This document shows, one piece after another, positions 48,115 to 58,099 of a DNA stretch of 61,937 bases. A program made the translations under genes and the position numbers. The stretch's first letter is position 1. Every line of letters starts with the position of its first letter. Origin of the DNA: Lachnospiraceae bacterium (GTDB lineage: Bacteria; Bacillota; Clostridia; Lachnospirales; Lachnospiraceae); the NCBI GenBank assembly GCA_017390525.1, contig JAFPBJ010000170.1, positions 1 to 61,937 of the forward strand, read 5' to 3'. A model generated the notes under the pieces. That model saw nothing but the letters and a program-made list of their open reading frames with translations, was not told the origin of the DNA and did no database searches.

Positions 48115-48786
48115 ATGAAACAACCTGTAATGATAAAAGGGAACAAGTTTGGAATTACGTTGGTGCTTGATGAGCAACAATCCTTTGAAGATTTGATTCC
48201 TTTAATTGGTGATAAGTTTAAAGAATCTAGTAAGTTTTTTGACTCCTCTTCTCAAATGGCGTTAGCCTTTGAAGGAAAAAAGCTTGATTCAAATCAACAA
48301 AGTCAAGTGTTAGACATCATTGCCCAAAACTGTGATTTAAATATTACTTATATTATGGATCAAGATCCTGAGGTAGAAAATAAATTTAAGCAAACCATTG
48401 AAGAAAAGCTAAAACAAACAGATGTAAGTATTGGAAAATTTTACAAAGGAAATTTACGTTCAGGTCAAAGTATTGAAGTAGATAGTAGTATTATAATGAT
48501 AGGTGATGTAAATCCGGGTGCAAAAGTCATTGCAAAAGGAAACATAATTGTGTTAGGATGTTTAAAAGGTACAGCTTATGCGGGTGCTTCTGGCAATCAA
48601 AATGCCTTTGTAGTGGCACTTAATATGGCACCAATGCAAATTAGGATTGCTGACGTGATTGCTAGATCTCCTGACAAGCCTAGCAAGGATATCTCTAAAG
48701 AAGCACAAATTGCGTTCTTAGAAGGAGAAAATATATATATTGAACCAATAAACAAATCAGTTCTAAATGATATTCATCTGTTTTAA
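48115..48786 (+). CDS. minC: Septum site-determining protein MinC
   Basis: C-terminal beta-helix motif GDVNPGAKVIAKGNIIVLGCLKGTAYAG. Followed by minD and minE. Confidence 0.85.
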   Translation: MKQPVMIKGNKFGITLVLDEQQSFEDLIPLIGDKFKESSKFFDSSSQMALAFEGKKLDSNQQSQVLDIIAQNCDLNITYIMDQDPEVENKFKQTIEEKLKQTDVSIGKFYKGNLRSGQSIEVDSSIIMIGDVNPGAKVIAKGNIIVLGCLKGTAYAGASGNQNAFVVALNMAPMQIRIADVIARSPDKPSKDISKEAQIAFLEGENIYIEPINKSVLNDIHLF

Positions 48787-48890
48787 TGATGCAAGGAAGT
48801 AAACTTATATATAGCTATGCTTTCATAACTATATATGAATGATACATTATTTTAGGAAGAAAAATTAATTACTATTGGAGGAAAAGGAAA

Positions 48891-49682
48891 ATGAGTGAAG
48901 TAATTGTAATTACATCTGGAAAGGGTGGAGTAGGAAAAACTACTACTACCGCAAATGTAGGAACAGGTTTAGCTAAGTTAAATAAAAAGGTAGTATTAAT
49001 TGATACCGATATCGGACTTAGAAATCTTGATGTTGTTATGGGCCTTGAAAATCGTATTGTATACAATTTAGTAGATGTAGTGGAAGGTAACTGCAGAATT
49101 AAACAAGCTCTAATTAGAGATAAGAGATATCCATCTCTTCATTTACTACCTTCTGCTCAAACAAGAGATAAGTCAGCAGTAACACCAGAGCAAATGAAAA
49201 AATTAGTAGAAGAATTAAAGGAAGAATTTGATTACATAATCCTTGATTGTCCAGCGGGAATCGAACAAGGCTTCCAAAATGCAATTGCAGCTGCAGATAG
49301 AGCAATTGTAGTAACTACACCTGAAGTATCTGCTATTCGTGATGCAGATCGTATCATTGGATTATTAGAAGCCAACGAGCTTAAGAGAACTGATTTAATT
49401 GTTAACCGTATTCGTATGGATATGGTAAAACGTGGTGATATGATGTCCATTGATGATGTTGTGGAGATTTTATCAGTTAATTTAATCGGTGCTGTACCAG
49501 ATGATGAGAATATTGTTATTTCTACAAACCAAGGGGAACCTTTAGTAGGAAATGATTCTTTAGCTGGAAAAGCTTACGCAAATATTTGTAGAAGAATCCT
49601 AGGAGAAGAAGTAGAATTCTTAGAATTAAGCAATGAATCCTTCTTTAAAAAATTAGGAAATATCTTTAAAAAATCGAAGTAG
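48891..49682 (+). CDS. minD: Septum site-determining ATPase MinD
   Basis: Deviant Walker A SGKGGVGKTT, DCPAG, and a C-terminal amphipathic helix FFKKLGNIFKK. Confidence 0.95.
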   Translation: MSEVIVITSGKGGVGKTTTTANVGTGLAKLNKKVVLIDTDIGLRNLDVVMGLENRIVYNLVDVVEGNCRIKQALIRDKRYPSLHLLPSAQTRDKSAVTPEQMKKLVEELKEEFDYIILDCPAGIEQGFQNAIAAADRAIVVTTPEVSAIRDADRIIGLLEANELKRTDLIVNRIRMDMVKRGDMMSIDDVVEILSVNLIGAVPDDENIVISTNQGEPLVGNDSLAGKAYANICRRILGEEVEFLELSNESFFKKLGNIFKKSK

Positions 49683-49694
49683 GGGGGAACTTTC

Positions 49695-49976
49695 ATGAGT
49701 TTATTGGATTTATTTAAAAAGAAATCATCTGGTGACTATGCCAAGGACCGTTTAAAACTTTTATTAGTTTCTGATCGTGCCAATTGTTCTCCTGAAATAA
49801 TGGAACAAATTAAAAACGATATTATTAAAGTAATTTCAAAATATATGGAAATTGATGCAGAAGGATTGGATATTCAGATTACTCAAACAGAATCTGAATC
49901 TAGCAATGGTTCCGTACCAGCAATTTATGCTAATATTCCAATTAAAGATTTAAAAAACAAAAGTGAAAATAAATAG
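49695..49976 (+). CDS. minE: Cell division topological specificity factor MinE
   Basis: N-terminus LLDLFKKKSSGDYAKDRLKLLLVSDR is typical of MinE. Confidence 0.9.
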   Translation: MSLLDLFKKKSSGDYAKDRLKLLLVSDRANCSPEIMEQIKNDIIKVISKYMEIDAEGLDIQITQTESESSNGSVPAIYANIPIKDLKNKSENK

Positions 49977-50003
49977 TAACTAGATATAACTAAGCGAAAA
50001 TGG

Positions 50004-51137
50004 ATGATTAAAATGATTAGCAAAACAACGAAACAATATCAACTAAAAAATTATAATTTTAAATTATGGCTTTTAGTATTAATTGCATGTATCTATGGAG
50101 TAATTGTAATTAATAGTGCCAATCCAGCATATACCAAGAAGCAAATACTTGGAGTAGTCCTTTGCTTTATTATTATGACGGTGGTATCCTTAATTGATTA
50201 CAACTTTATTTGCAGATTTATGTGGCTTTTGTATTTTGCCAATATAATTATGCTTATAGCAGTAAAGCTTTTTGGTAAAAATGTAAATGGAGCCACAAGG
50301 TGGTTTTCTATTCCAGGAGATTTAGGAACGATTCAGCCATCAGAATTTACAAAAATCATTTTAATTATTTTCTTTGCTCTGTATATTGAAACTCATCAGG
50401 AGGATTTTAATTCTTTTCAGAACTTGGCAAAGCTAGCAGGATTATTACTTCTTCCTATTGGGTTAATTATGTGGCAACCTGATTTATCTACCTCTATTGC
50501 AATTATATCTATTGTTTTAGTTATGATATTTATGGGTGGATTAAGCTTTAAGCTAATTGGAATTGCATTACTTATCTTAATTCCTACGTTAACTACTTTT
50601 TTATGGTATGTTCAAACCCCAAATCAAGTTTTATTAAAAGATTATCAGGTTGATAGAATTATGAGCTTTTTACATCCAGAAGATTATTTAAACACCACAG
50701 GCCTACAGCAAAGTAATTCTATTATGGCAATTGGATCAGGGCAATTATTTGGAAAAGGGCTTAATAATAATACTATGGCTACTGTAAAAGGTGGTAATTT
50801 TATTTCTGAACAGCAAACAGATTTTATTTTCTCGGTAATTGGAGAGGAATTAGGTTTTGTTGGAAGTGTAATTCTTATTGCAATTATAGCACTAATAGTG
50901 ATACAATGTATGTTAATAGCAATAAAGGCAAGAAATATGTCAGGTAAGCTAATTGCAGTTGGAATCGCTGCTTTATTTAGCTTTCAATCCTTTTTTAATA
51001 TCTGTGTAGCAACTGGATTAATGCCAAATACAGGCTTGCCAATGCCTTTTATTAGCTATGGTTTAAGCTCTTTATTAAGTTCTACAATTGGGATAGGATT
51101 AGTATTGAACGTTGGGTTACAAAAAAGAAAGTATTAG
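50004..51137 (+). CDS. rodA: SEDS-family peptidoglycan glycosyltransferase RodA (FtsW/RodA/SpoVE)
   Basis: Ten hydrophobic helices, with IQPSEFTKI, TDFIFSVIGEELGF, and C-terminal GLPMPFISYGLSS. Confidence 0.85.
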   Translation: MIKMISKTTKQYQLKNYNFKLWLLVLIACIYGVIVINSANPAYTKKQILGVVLCFIIMTVVSLIDYNFICRFMWLLYFANIIMLIAVKLFGKNVNGATRWFSIPGDLGTIQPSEFTKIILIIFFALYIETHQEDFNSFQNLAKLAGLLLLPIGLIMWQPDLSTSIAIISIVLVMIFMGGLSFKLIGIALLILIPTLTTFLWYVQTPNQVLLKDYQVDRIMSFLHPEDYLNTTGLQQSNSIMAIGSGQLFGKGLNNNTMATVKGGNFISEQQTDFIFSVIGEELGFVGSVILIAIIALIVIQCMLIAIKARNMSGKLIAVGIAALFSFQSFFNICVATGLMPNTGLPMPFISYGLSSLLSSTIGIGLVLNVGLQKRKY

Positions 51138-51150
51138 AGGAGGTTAGAAC

Positions 51151-51546
51151 ATGAACATTGGATTAATTGCACATAATGCAAAAAAGAAATTAATGCAAAA
51201 TCTTTGTATTGCATATCGTGGTATTTTTTCAAAGCACGAATTATATGCCACTGGAACAACTGGTCGTTTGATTGAAGAGGTTACAAATTTAAATGTTCAT
51301 AAATATTTAGCAGGACATTTAGGTGGGGAACAACAATTAGGAGCTCAAATTGAACACAATCAAATTGATATGGTGATTTTTTTAAGAGATCCTATGACAC
51401 CTCAATCCCATGAGCCAGATATTAGTAATGTATTTCGCCTTTGCGACACTCATAATATTCCGCTTGCTACTAATTTAGCTACTGCTGAGTTATTAATTAT
51501 GGCATTAGATCGTGGCGATTTGGATTGGCGTGAAATGTATAAATAA
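51151..51546 (+). CDS. mgsA: Methylglyoxal synthase
   Basis: [19 protein letters not shown], and [15 protein letters not shown] motifs. Confidence 0.9.
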   Translation: MNIGLIAHNAKKKLMQNLCIAYRGIFSKHELYATGTTGRLIEEVTNLNVHKYLAGHLGGEQQLGAQIEHNQIDMVIFLRDPMTPQSHEPDISNVFRLCDTHNIPLATNLATAELLIMALDRGDLDWREMYK

Positions 51547-51551
51547 AACAA

Positions 51552-51589
51552 AGCAGTTGTCTTACGCTAATTAGACAACTGCTATTTTT
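51552..51589 (+). terminator. Rho-independent terminator after mgsA
   Basis: An 11-bp stem AGCAGTTGTCT / AGACAACTGCT with a 10-nt loop, followed by ATTTTT. Confidence 0.75.
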
Positions 51590-51638
51590 AAGAAAGCAGA
51601 CTAAAAACTAAAATAGATTAGAATGGAACTTACTTAGT

Positions 51639-52604
51639 ATGAAAAAGCAAATTAGTTTATTATTCGTTTTTATTTTATTATTAACAGGCTGTAGCAAACA
51701 ACCACTAAAAGATTCCTTTTTCAAAACAGCGAATACTCTAGATAGCTATAAAATGATACAGTCACAAGAAACAAAAGGGATTAGTAATGATTTAGCAGTA
51801 ATAGAAAAAGACGATATAACCCCAACAACCTTTCAAGCTACAGCAAAGGGAATGTTGTTGGTGAATGAAACCAAAAATGAATATTTAGTTGCAAAACAAC
51901 CATTTAAGAAGATTTATCCAGCAAGTCTAACTAAGGTACTAACAGCATATGTTGTAATGAAATATGGTAACCTAGAGGATGAAGTAACTATAAAGTCTGA
52001 TATTACATTTAATGAAGAGGATGTAAAGGTATGTTTTTTACAAAAAGGGGATAAGGTAAGTGTAGAAACACTACTTCATGGACTGTTGATTGCTTCTGAA
52101 AATGATTGTGCAGTAGCTTTAGCAAGATATATTTCAGGAAATCAAAATAAATTTGTAGCTTTAATGAATCAGGAAGCAAAATTATTAGGTGCAACAAATT
52201 CTCATTTTATGAATCCTCATGGACTCCATAACAAGAATCATTATACAACACCTTATGATTTATATTTAATTTTCCACGCAGCATCTCAGTATGAGATTTT
52301 TAATGAAATTATTCAAAAACCAACCTATACCATGGTATATAAAAATGCATTTGGTCAAAGGGTAACCTTTGATTTGGAAAATACCAATCAGTATATCAAT
52401 AAGGATGCAAAATTGACTCAGCCTAATTTAGTAACAGTTTTAGGCGGAAAAACAGGAACCACTGAGAATTCTGGTTCAAGCCTTATTTTATTATCTAAAT
52501 CAAAAACAGATACTTATATTTCTGTGGTTACCAATGAAGAAGATAAAGAACATTTATATCAAACTATGACACAGCTTCTGAATGAAGTTACCATAGAAGA
52601 CTAA
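51639..52604 (+). CDS. Serine-type D-Ala-D-Ala carboxypeptidase (S11 family) lipoprotein
   Basis: Lipobox LLTGCS. SxxK=SLTK, SxN=SEN, KTG=KTGTT. Confidence 0.85.
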   Translation: MKKQISLLFVFILLLTGCSKQPLKDSFFKTANTLDSYKMIQSQETKGISNDLAVIEKDDITPTTFQATAKGMLLVNETKNEYLVAKQPFKKIYPASLTKVLTAYVVMKYGNLEDEVTIKSDITFNEEDVKVCFLQKGDKVSVETLLHGLLIASENDCAVALARYISGNQNKFVALMNQEAKLLGATNSHFMNPHGLHNKNHYTTPYDLYLIFHAASQYEIFNEIIQKPTYTMVYKNAFGQRVTFDLENTNQYINKDAKLTQPNLVTVLGGKTGTTENSGSSLILLSKSKTDTYISVVTNEEDKEHLYQTMTQLLNEVTIED

Positions 52605-52635
52605 CGAAAAAAAAGTGTCGCCCTGCAGCGACACT
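52605..52635 (-). terminator. Hairpin between convergent genes; functions best as the terminator of the minus-strand DUF378 gene
   Basis: A 9-bp GC-rich stem AAGTGTCGC / GCGACACTT with a 6-nt loop. The A-run at 52605-52613 reads as a T-run on the minus strand. Confidence 0.65.
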
Positions 52636-52651
52636 TAAATAAATCAGCTTT

Positions 52652-52855
52652 TTATTCATTTAAAAATCTGGAGAAATAGCTAATAGCATATAGACCGGCA
52701 ATTCCTACAATGGCGTATATAATTCGTGTAATAAGTGTCATATTGCCAAAGATTGCTTTTACTAAATCAAAATTAAAAAAGCCAATAAGTCCCCAGTTAA
52801 TACAACCAATTATAATAATGGCTAAGACTAGATTATCTACCCAATTTGATTTCAT
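52652..52855 (-). CDS. DUF378 small membrane protein (YuzA-like)
   Basis: VLAIIIIGCINWGLIGFFNFDLVKAIFG is the DUF378 signature. The internal Met at 52855 gives the usual size of about 67 aa. The ORF extends to 52882. Confidence 0.75.
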   Translation of the reverse strand: MKSNWVDNLVLAIIIIGCINWGLIGFFNFDLVKAIFGNMTLITRIIYAIVGIAGLYAISYFSRFLNE

Positions 52856-53063
52856 ACTATTTTCCAATGCGTATATGCCCATATAATATGCAGTTTGAAA
52901 GGAAGGGCAATTTGCATCTATTCCTTTCTTATTTATTTCCTTCCACTGCTGATATTAAATATTTTTCACCAATTTTTGTATTTTATACATTTATATTTTT
53001 AATTTATAATGAATTCCATTTGTATTTATTCTTACCAATTGATAAAAGAAAGGATTTGTTTTT

Positions 53064-54449
53064 ATGGCTAGAAGAAGAAAATCTTCAAAGAAACGATTAC
53101 AACTGAATATAGGATTGATTACTTTTGCTGTAATCCTAATTTATTTATTTAGCAAAATAGCCATATATTGTACAAAGGACAAGCTTTCTTTATATGAGGT
53201 ACAGCAAGATAAAATTGTGAATCGAATTTCTACCGTTGGAATCGCAGTAAGAGATGAGCAAATCGTTTCATCTGACAAGGCAGGCTATGTAAATTTTTAT
53301 ATTCGAGAAGGAGCAAAGGCAAATAAAAATTCGGTAGTTTATACCTTAGATGAAACGGGAAATATTAATGATATGATATCGGAATATTCTACAGAAACAG
53401 AGAGTATTTCTAATGAAAATATAAAAGAATTAAGAAGTCTAATTGGTTCGTTTCATAATTATTATAACGACAGTCAATTTCATCAGGTATATGATTTTAA
53501 ATATGATTTAAATAATACGATTTTAGAGCAATTAAATCATAATGTAATGGAAAATTTAGATCAGGTTCTAAAAGATTCAAATGTTGCTAGTACATTCCAA
53601 AAATATAAAACCTCCATTAGTGGAATTGTAACCTATGTAACTGACGGATATGAATCATTTACAATAGATAATATTAAAAAATCTGATTTTACCCCAAAGA
53701 ATTATAAACGAAACCAAGTAAAATCTGGCTCCTTAGTAAAAAGTGGGGAACCTATTTATAAGCTGATTACGGGAAATGATTGGAATATCGTCATTATGCT
53801 ATCAAAGGAACAATTTGATTTCTTATCTGAGAAGAATACGGTAAAGCTTAAGTTTCAAAAGGATAACCAAGAAGAAACTGCAAATGTTACTACCTTTCAA
53901 AATGGTTCTAATTATTATGCCAAGCTTACTTTATCCAATTTAATGTATCGATATATGAATGACAGGTTTATTGATGTAGAGCTGACTTTACAATCTGCTG
54001 AAGGGTTAAAAATTCCTACTAGCTCCATTACAGAGAAGGAATTTTATAAGGTACCGATTGATTATTTATCTGCAAGCTATAAGAGCCAGAAAAAAACTGC
54101 CATTAACGTACAAAAGCTTGGAAAAAATAGTGAAATAGAGGTTGAGCAAATGTTTCCAACTATATACGAGGAAACAGACGAATATTTTTATATTGACCCA
54201 AATGAAATAAAGGGAGGCACCATATTAGTAAAAGAAAACAGTAGTGATACCTTTACCATTGGAAATGCTGAGAAGCTAGAAGGAGTATACTGTGTAAATC
54301 AAGGCTATGCTACCTTTAAACCAATTCAAAAGCTATACGCAAATGATGATTTTTGCATTATAAATGGAAATACTACTGGCGGAATTGTACTATATGACTA
54401 TATAGTATTAAATCATAAATCAATTAAGGAAAATGAGATTATTTACTAA
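53064..54449 (+). CDS. Membrane-anchored protein of unknown function (HlyD/barrel-sandwich-like, tentative)
   Basis: Basic N-terminus plus one TM helix (IGLITFAVILIYLF), then a beta-rich ectodomain of about 400 aa. It lies directly upstream of yggS-sepF. The family call is from memory of similar Clostridia loci and is weak. Confidence 0.4.
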   Translation: MARRRKSSKKRLQLNIGLITFAVILIYLFSKIAIYCTKDKLSLYEVQQDKIVNRISTVGIAVRDEQIVSSDKAGYVNFYIREGAKANKNSVVYTLDETGNINDMISEYSTETESISNENIKELRSLIGSFHNYYNDSQFHQVYDFKYDLNNTILEQLNHNVMENLDQVLKDSNVASTFQKYKTSISGIVTYVTDGYESFTIDNIKKSDFTPKNYKRNQVKSGSLVKSGEPIYKLITGNDWNIVIMLSKEQFDFLSEKNTVKLKFQKDNQEETANVTTFQNGSNYYAKLTLSNLMYRYMNDRFIDVELTLQSAEGLKIPTSSITEKEFYKVPIDYLSASYKSQKKTAINVQKLGKNSEIEVEQMFPTIYEETDEYFYIDPNEIKGGTILVKENSSDTFTIGNAEKLEGVYCVNQGYATFKPIQKLYANDDFCIINGNTTGGIVLYDYIVLNHKSIKENEIIY

Positions 54450-54507
54450 TCCTTAATATAATAAAACGCACTTTATGAACTAAGTTTTAGAAAGGAAATG
54501 ATTTGGA

Positions 54508-55200
54508 ATGTTAAAAGAAAACTTAGAGGCTGTACAAAAAAATATAATCGAAGCTTGTAAGAAGGTGGGGAGAGATTCTAATGAGGTTACTTTGATTGCG
54601 GTAAGTAAAACAAAGCCTTTATCAGATATCGAAGAAATAATGGATCTAGGTGTCATAGAATTTGGAGAAAATAAAGTACAAGAATTGGTAGATAAGTACG
54701 AAAATATAAAAGCGCCTGTTCATTGGCATTTAATCGGACATTTACAAACTAATAAGGTAAAATATATTGTAGATAAGGTAGCCTTGATTCATTCTGTAGA
54801 TTCTCTTAAGCTTGCGGAGCAAATTAGCAAGGAAGCGGTGAAAAAGAATGTGATTTCAAACATTTTAGTACAAGTGAATGTGGCAAAGGAAGAAACAAAA
54901 TTTGGAATTGAAACAGAAGAAGTGTATGATTTAGTAGAAAAAATTAGCAAATTACCCAATATATCGATTCAAGGTTTAATGACGATAGCACCTTTTGTAG
55001 AAAATCCAGAAGAAAATCGCTTGATTTTTCGAAAATTACATCAATTATATGTTGACATCAAACAAAAAAACATTGATAATGTTAATATGAATGTCTTATC
55101 AATGGGTATGACAAATGATTATCAGGTTGCCATTGAAGAAGGGGCAACTATGGTAAGAGTAGGGACTGGCATTTTTGGTGCTAGAAACTATAATATTTAG
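54508..55200 (+). CDS. yggS: YggS-family pyridoxal-phosphate homeostasis protein (YlmE)
   Basis: LIAVSKTK (PLP lysine), FGENKVQE, HLIGHLQTNK, and SMGMTNDYQVAIEEGATMVRVG. Confidence 0.9.
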   Translation: MLKENLEAVQKNIIEACKKVGRDSNEVTLIAVSKTKPLSDIEEIMDLGVIEFGENKVQELVDKYENIKAPVHWHLIGHLQTNKVKYIVDKVALIHSVDSLKLAEQISKEAVKKNVISNILVQVNVAKEETKFGIETEEVYDLVEKISKLPNISIQGLMTIAPFVENPEENRLIFRKLHQLYVDIKQKNIDNVNMNVLSMGMTNDYQVAIEEGATMVRVGTGIFGARNYNI

Positions 55201-55253
55201 CAGGTAATCTTGTTTATAATGAATAAGATTGGAATAAAAGAATGGAGGATAAT

Positions 55254-55787
55254 ATGGGAAAAGGAATTAATAAGTTTTTGGATATGATTCATTTAAGTGA
55301 TGACGAAGACGAATTTGATGATGATTTATATGATGAGGAAGAGGAGGAAGATAGTCCTGTACGTTCTTTCTTTAGTAGAAAGGAAAAAGAGGAAGAGCCT
55401 GTTGATTCCAAAACTACAAACTTTTCAGAAACTAGAAAACCAAAGACTAGACCTGTTAGACAAAATAGTAAATTAATTTCACTTAGTAACAGTAGAGGGA
55501 TGGAAGTGTACGTTTCAAAACCACAAGAATTTAATGATGCACAGTATATTGTTGAAACCTTACAAAATGGAAAAATTATTGTAATTAATACAGAAGGAAT
55601 GGAACTAAAACCAGCCCAAAGAATTATGGACTTTATTAGTGGTGCTTGTTATGCTTTAAATGGAAGCCTTCAAGCAATTTCAAACAATATCTTCATTGTA
55701 GCTCCAGAAAATATTGATGTATCTGGTGATTTGAGAGACGAATTATTAAATGATTCTTTACTTTCACCAGAACTTGATAAATTTTAA
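55254..55787 (+). CDS. sepF: Cell division protein SepF
   Basis: Acidic linker, then the conserved C-domain EVYVSKPQEFNDAQYIVETLQNGKIIVINTEGM..AQRIMDFISGACYALNGSLQ. GGAGG lies 5 nt before ATG 55254. Confidence 0.85.
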   Translation: MGKGINKFLDMIHLSDDEDEFDDDLYDEEEEEDSPVRSFFSRKEKEEEPVDSKTTNFSETRKPKTRPVRQNSKLISLSNSRGMEVYVSKPQEFNDAQYIVETLQNGKIIVINTEGMELKPAQRIMDFISGACYALNGSLQAISNNIFIVAPENIDVSGDLRDELLNDSLLSPELDKF

Positions 55788-56038
55788 TGGGGGCATTAAT
55801 TTCTAGTGCAATTGTGTTATTTGCTAAAATATTACAAATTTTATTATTTGTATATATTATTGTTAGCTTTTTACCAGTTGTCGATTCAATGAAACAAGCC
55901 TTATATTATTTGGTGGCACCCATTGTAGAGGGTGTAGGATATTTGCTGAATCATTCCATTATAAAATCAACCTATGTTGATTTTTCCCCATTTATAGCTA
56001 TTTTACTATTAAGTAGTATTGAATTCTTTTTTCGCTAA
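55787..56038 (+). CDS. yggT: YggT-family membrane protein
   Basis: 83 aa with two TM helices, in the position after sepF. TAATG overlap with sepF. Confidence 0.75.
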   Translation: MGALISSAIVLFAKILQILLFVYIIVSFLPVVDSMKQALYYLVAPIVEGVGYLLNHSIIKSTYVDFSPFIAILLLSSIEFFFR

Positions 56039-56058
56039 AATATGTGGAGGAGAAAAAA

Positions 56059-56817
56059 GTGGGAGAGGTAAAGCAAATTTTTGAAAATAGAATACTTGAT
56101 TTACACCAGCAAATGGGTAAACAGTGTTGTTATACTTATAGTGATTTTTTAAACCTAGACCAACAAAGTCAAGTGATTTCGTTATTGAATAAAGAGCATA
56201 TAACGGAGTATGAATTATTCGGTGGGGTAGAGGATTGTCAAAGAAAAGTCTTACGATTTGGTACAAAAGAAACCTTATTTTATGAAGAAGAATACCCCCT
56301 TTCTATACTTTTAGTAACTCCCAAAAGTATGAAATTTGCAGAAACATTAAGTCATAGAGACTACTTAGGTGCAGTTCTAAATTTAGGAATTGACCGAGGA
56401 AAAATTGGGGATATTTTTATTCAAGATAAATTAGGATATATTTGCTGCGTGAATAAGATATCAGCATTTATTCAAAATGAATTAACTAGAATTAAACATA
56501 CGTCTGTATCCTGTGAAGAAATCTCTCATCATAACTTTAAAAGAGAGTATCATTTTAAGGAAAAAGAATGTATTGTATCCTCATTGCGATTAGACGTGGT
56601 AATTGCCGGTTGTATGAAGCTTTCTAGAAGTAAGGTATCAGATTTAATTAAAAGCAAAAAATGCTTTTTAAATGACCAATTAATAGAAAAAGAAAGTATA
56701 CAACTCCACGACAATGACGTAATAACGCTACGTGGATATGGTAAATTTATTTATGTAGGTTGTATCAAAACTACCAAATCTGGTAAATTGTATATTAAAA
56801 TAAATCAATATGTTTAG
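56059..56817 (+). CDS. ylmH: YlmH-family RNA-binding protein (S4 domain)
   Basis: HRDYLGAVLNLGIDRGKIGDI and the C-terminal S4 domain LRLDVVIAGCMKLSRSKVSDLIKSKKCFLN. GTG 56059 follows GGAGGAG. GTG 56044 is an alternative start. Confidence 0.8.
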   Translation: MGEVKQIFENRILDLHQQMGKQCCYTYSDFLNLDQQSQVISLLNKEHITEYELFGGVEDCQRKVLRFGTKETLFYEEEYPLSILLVTPKSMKFAETLSHRDYLGAVLNLGIDRGKIGDIFIQDKLGYICCVNKISAFIQNELTRIKHTSVSCEEISHHNFKREYHFKEKECIVSSLRLDVVIAGCMKLSRSKVSDLIKSKKCFLNDQLIEKESIQLHDNDVITLRGYGKFIYVGCIKTTKSGKLYIKINQYV

Positions 56818-56827
56818 GAGGAATATT

Positions 56828-57532
56828 ATGCTTACACCAGTAGAAATCAAACAAAAAACATTTAAATCAGGAATTGGATATAGTAAAGAAGAAGTAGACT
56901 CATTTTTAGAAGAAGTGGCTTCTGCATACGAAGAATTGTACAAACAAAATGTAGAATATAAAGATAAAATAAATATGCTAAATGAAGGCTTACAGCATTA
57001 CAAAACCATTGAAGCATCCTTACAAAAGGCTTTAATTTTAGCAGAAAAAACAGCTGATGATACCATTAAATCAGCAGAAGAAAAAGCAAAAAATATTGAG
57101 CAGGATGCAATAAATCGTGCAAATTCTATGAATTTAGAAGCAAAAATGGAACTAAATAATATACATAACCAAACTATTACTTTAGTACAACAATACGCCA
57201 AATACAAAGCTCAATTTAATCAATTTATTGCAACACAACAAGAAATTCTTAACAATAGAAGCTTTGAATTAAATTTCTCTAACTTAGAAGCCTTTAATTC
57301 AAGCTTAGATTCTACAGAAGAAGGAAAAGCAATGAGAGAAGAAATACAGCAAGAGATTCTTAAAGCAAATCAATCTCAATTAGGTGGTTCCTCTGTAGAA
57401 GCAATTGCAGCTGCGCAAGAGCCAGTTCAAAATGCCATTGAAGCAGATACAAGCTCAAGTGAAGAGCCAAAATTATCATCAGAAGACAGCTCTTCTGATA
57501 AAGGATTAGCTGGATTTGATTTCGTAAGCTAA
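56828..57532 (+). CDS. divIVA: Cell division/polarity protein DivIVA
   Basis: MLTPVEIKQKTFKSGIGYSKEEVDSFLEEV lipid-binding N-domain, followed by a coiled coil. AGGAGG precedes ATG 56828. Confidence 0.9.
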   Translation: MLTPVEIKQKTFKSGIGYSKEEVDSFLEEVASAYEELYKQNVEYKDKINMLNEGLQHYKTIEASLQKALILAEKTADDTIKSAEEKAKNIEQDAINRANSMNLEAKMELNNIHNQTITLVQQYAKYKAQFNQFIATQQEILNNRSFELNFSNLEAFNSSLDSTEEGKAMREEIQQEILKANQSQLGGSSVEAIAAAQEPVQNAIEADTSSSEEPKLSSEDSSSDKGLAGFDFVS

Positions 57533-57550
57533 TGGCACGGAGAAGAAAAC

Positions 57551-58075
57551 ATGAAAGAAAAAAATATTGGCTGGTATATAAAAAGCTTATGCATTTTGTT
57601 CATACTGATAGGGATTGATCAAGGGAGTAAGCTGATTGCCAGCTTACATTTAAAGGATAAATCTTCGATTCCAATTATTAAAAATGTATTTGAATTGGAA
57701 TACTTAGAAAACAAGGGTGCTGCCTTTGGAATTTTTCAAGGGAAACAATTATTTTTGATTCTATTTACTGGAGTCATTATATTAGCACTATTTTGGGGGT
57801 ATACAAAACTTCCGCTAAATAAGCGTTTTTTGCCTCTTAGAATTTGTTTATTATTGATTATTGCAGGGGCTATTGGCAATTTAATTGATCGTATTGCATA
57901 TCAATATGTAGTGGATTTTCTATACTTTAAATTAATTCAGTTCCCAATTTTTAATATAGCTGATTGTTATGTTACCATATCAGCTGTTGTAATGATTTTA
58001 TTAGTTTTATTTTATTATAAAGACGAAGATTTTTCATTTATAAAAATAAAAGAAAAAAATGGAGGCCAGGTGTAG
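57551..58075 (+). CDS. lspA: Lipoprotein signal peptidase II
   Basis: NKGAAFG, GAIGNLIDR and FNIADC motifs, with four TM helices. Confidence 0.9.
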   Translation: MKEKNIGWYIKSLCILFILIGIDQGSKLIASLHLKDKSSIPIIKNVFELEYLENKGAAFGIFQGKQLFLILFTGVIILALFWGYTKLPLNKRFLPLRICLLLIIAGAIGNLIDRIAYQYVVDFLYFKLIQFPIFNIADCYVTISAVVMILLVLFYYKDEDFSFIKIKEKNGGQV

Positions 58076-58099
58076 ATTTATTTTGCATCAAACTAAAAC

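Noticed and set aside
48800-48850. An AT-rich inverted repeat (ATATATAG...CTATATAT) between minC and minD
   Set aside because: The stem is only about 8-10 bp and consists purely of A/T pairs in low-complexity sequence. It is too weak to call a terminator or regulatory hairpin.
52846-53106. An 86-aa + strand ORF spanning the divergent promoter region
   Set aside because: It overlaps the 5' end of the DUF378 gene and the start of the 461-aa gene. It has no RBS and is Phe/Tyr/Leu-rich AT-driven sequence.
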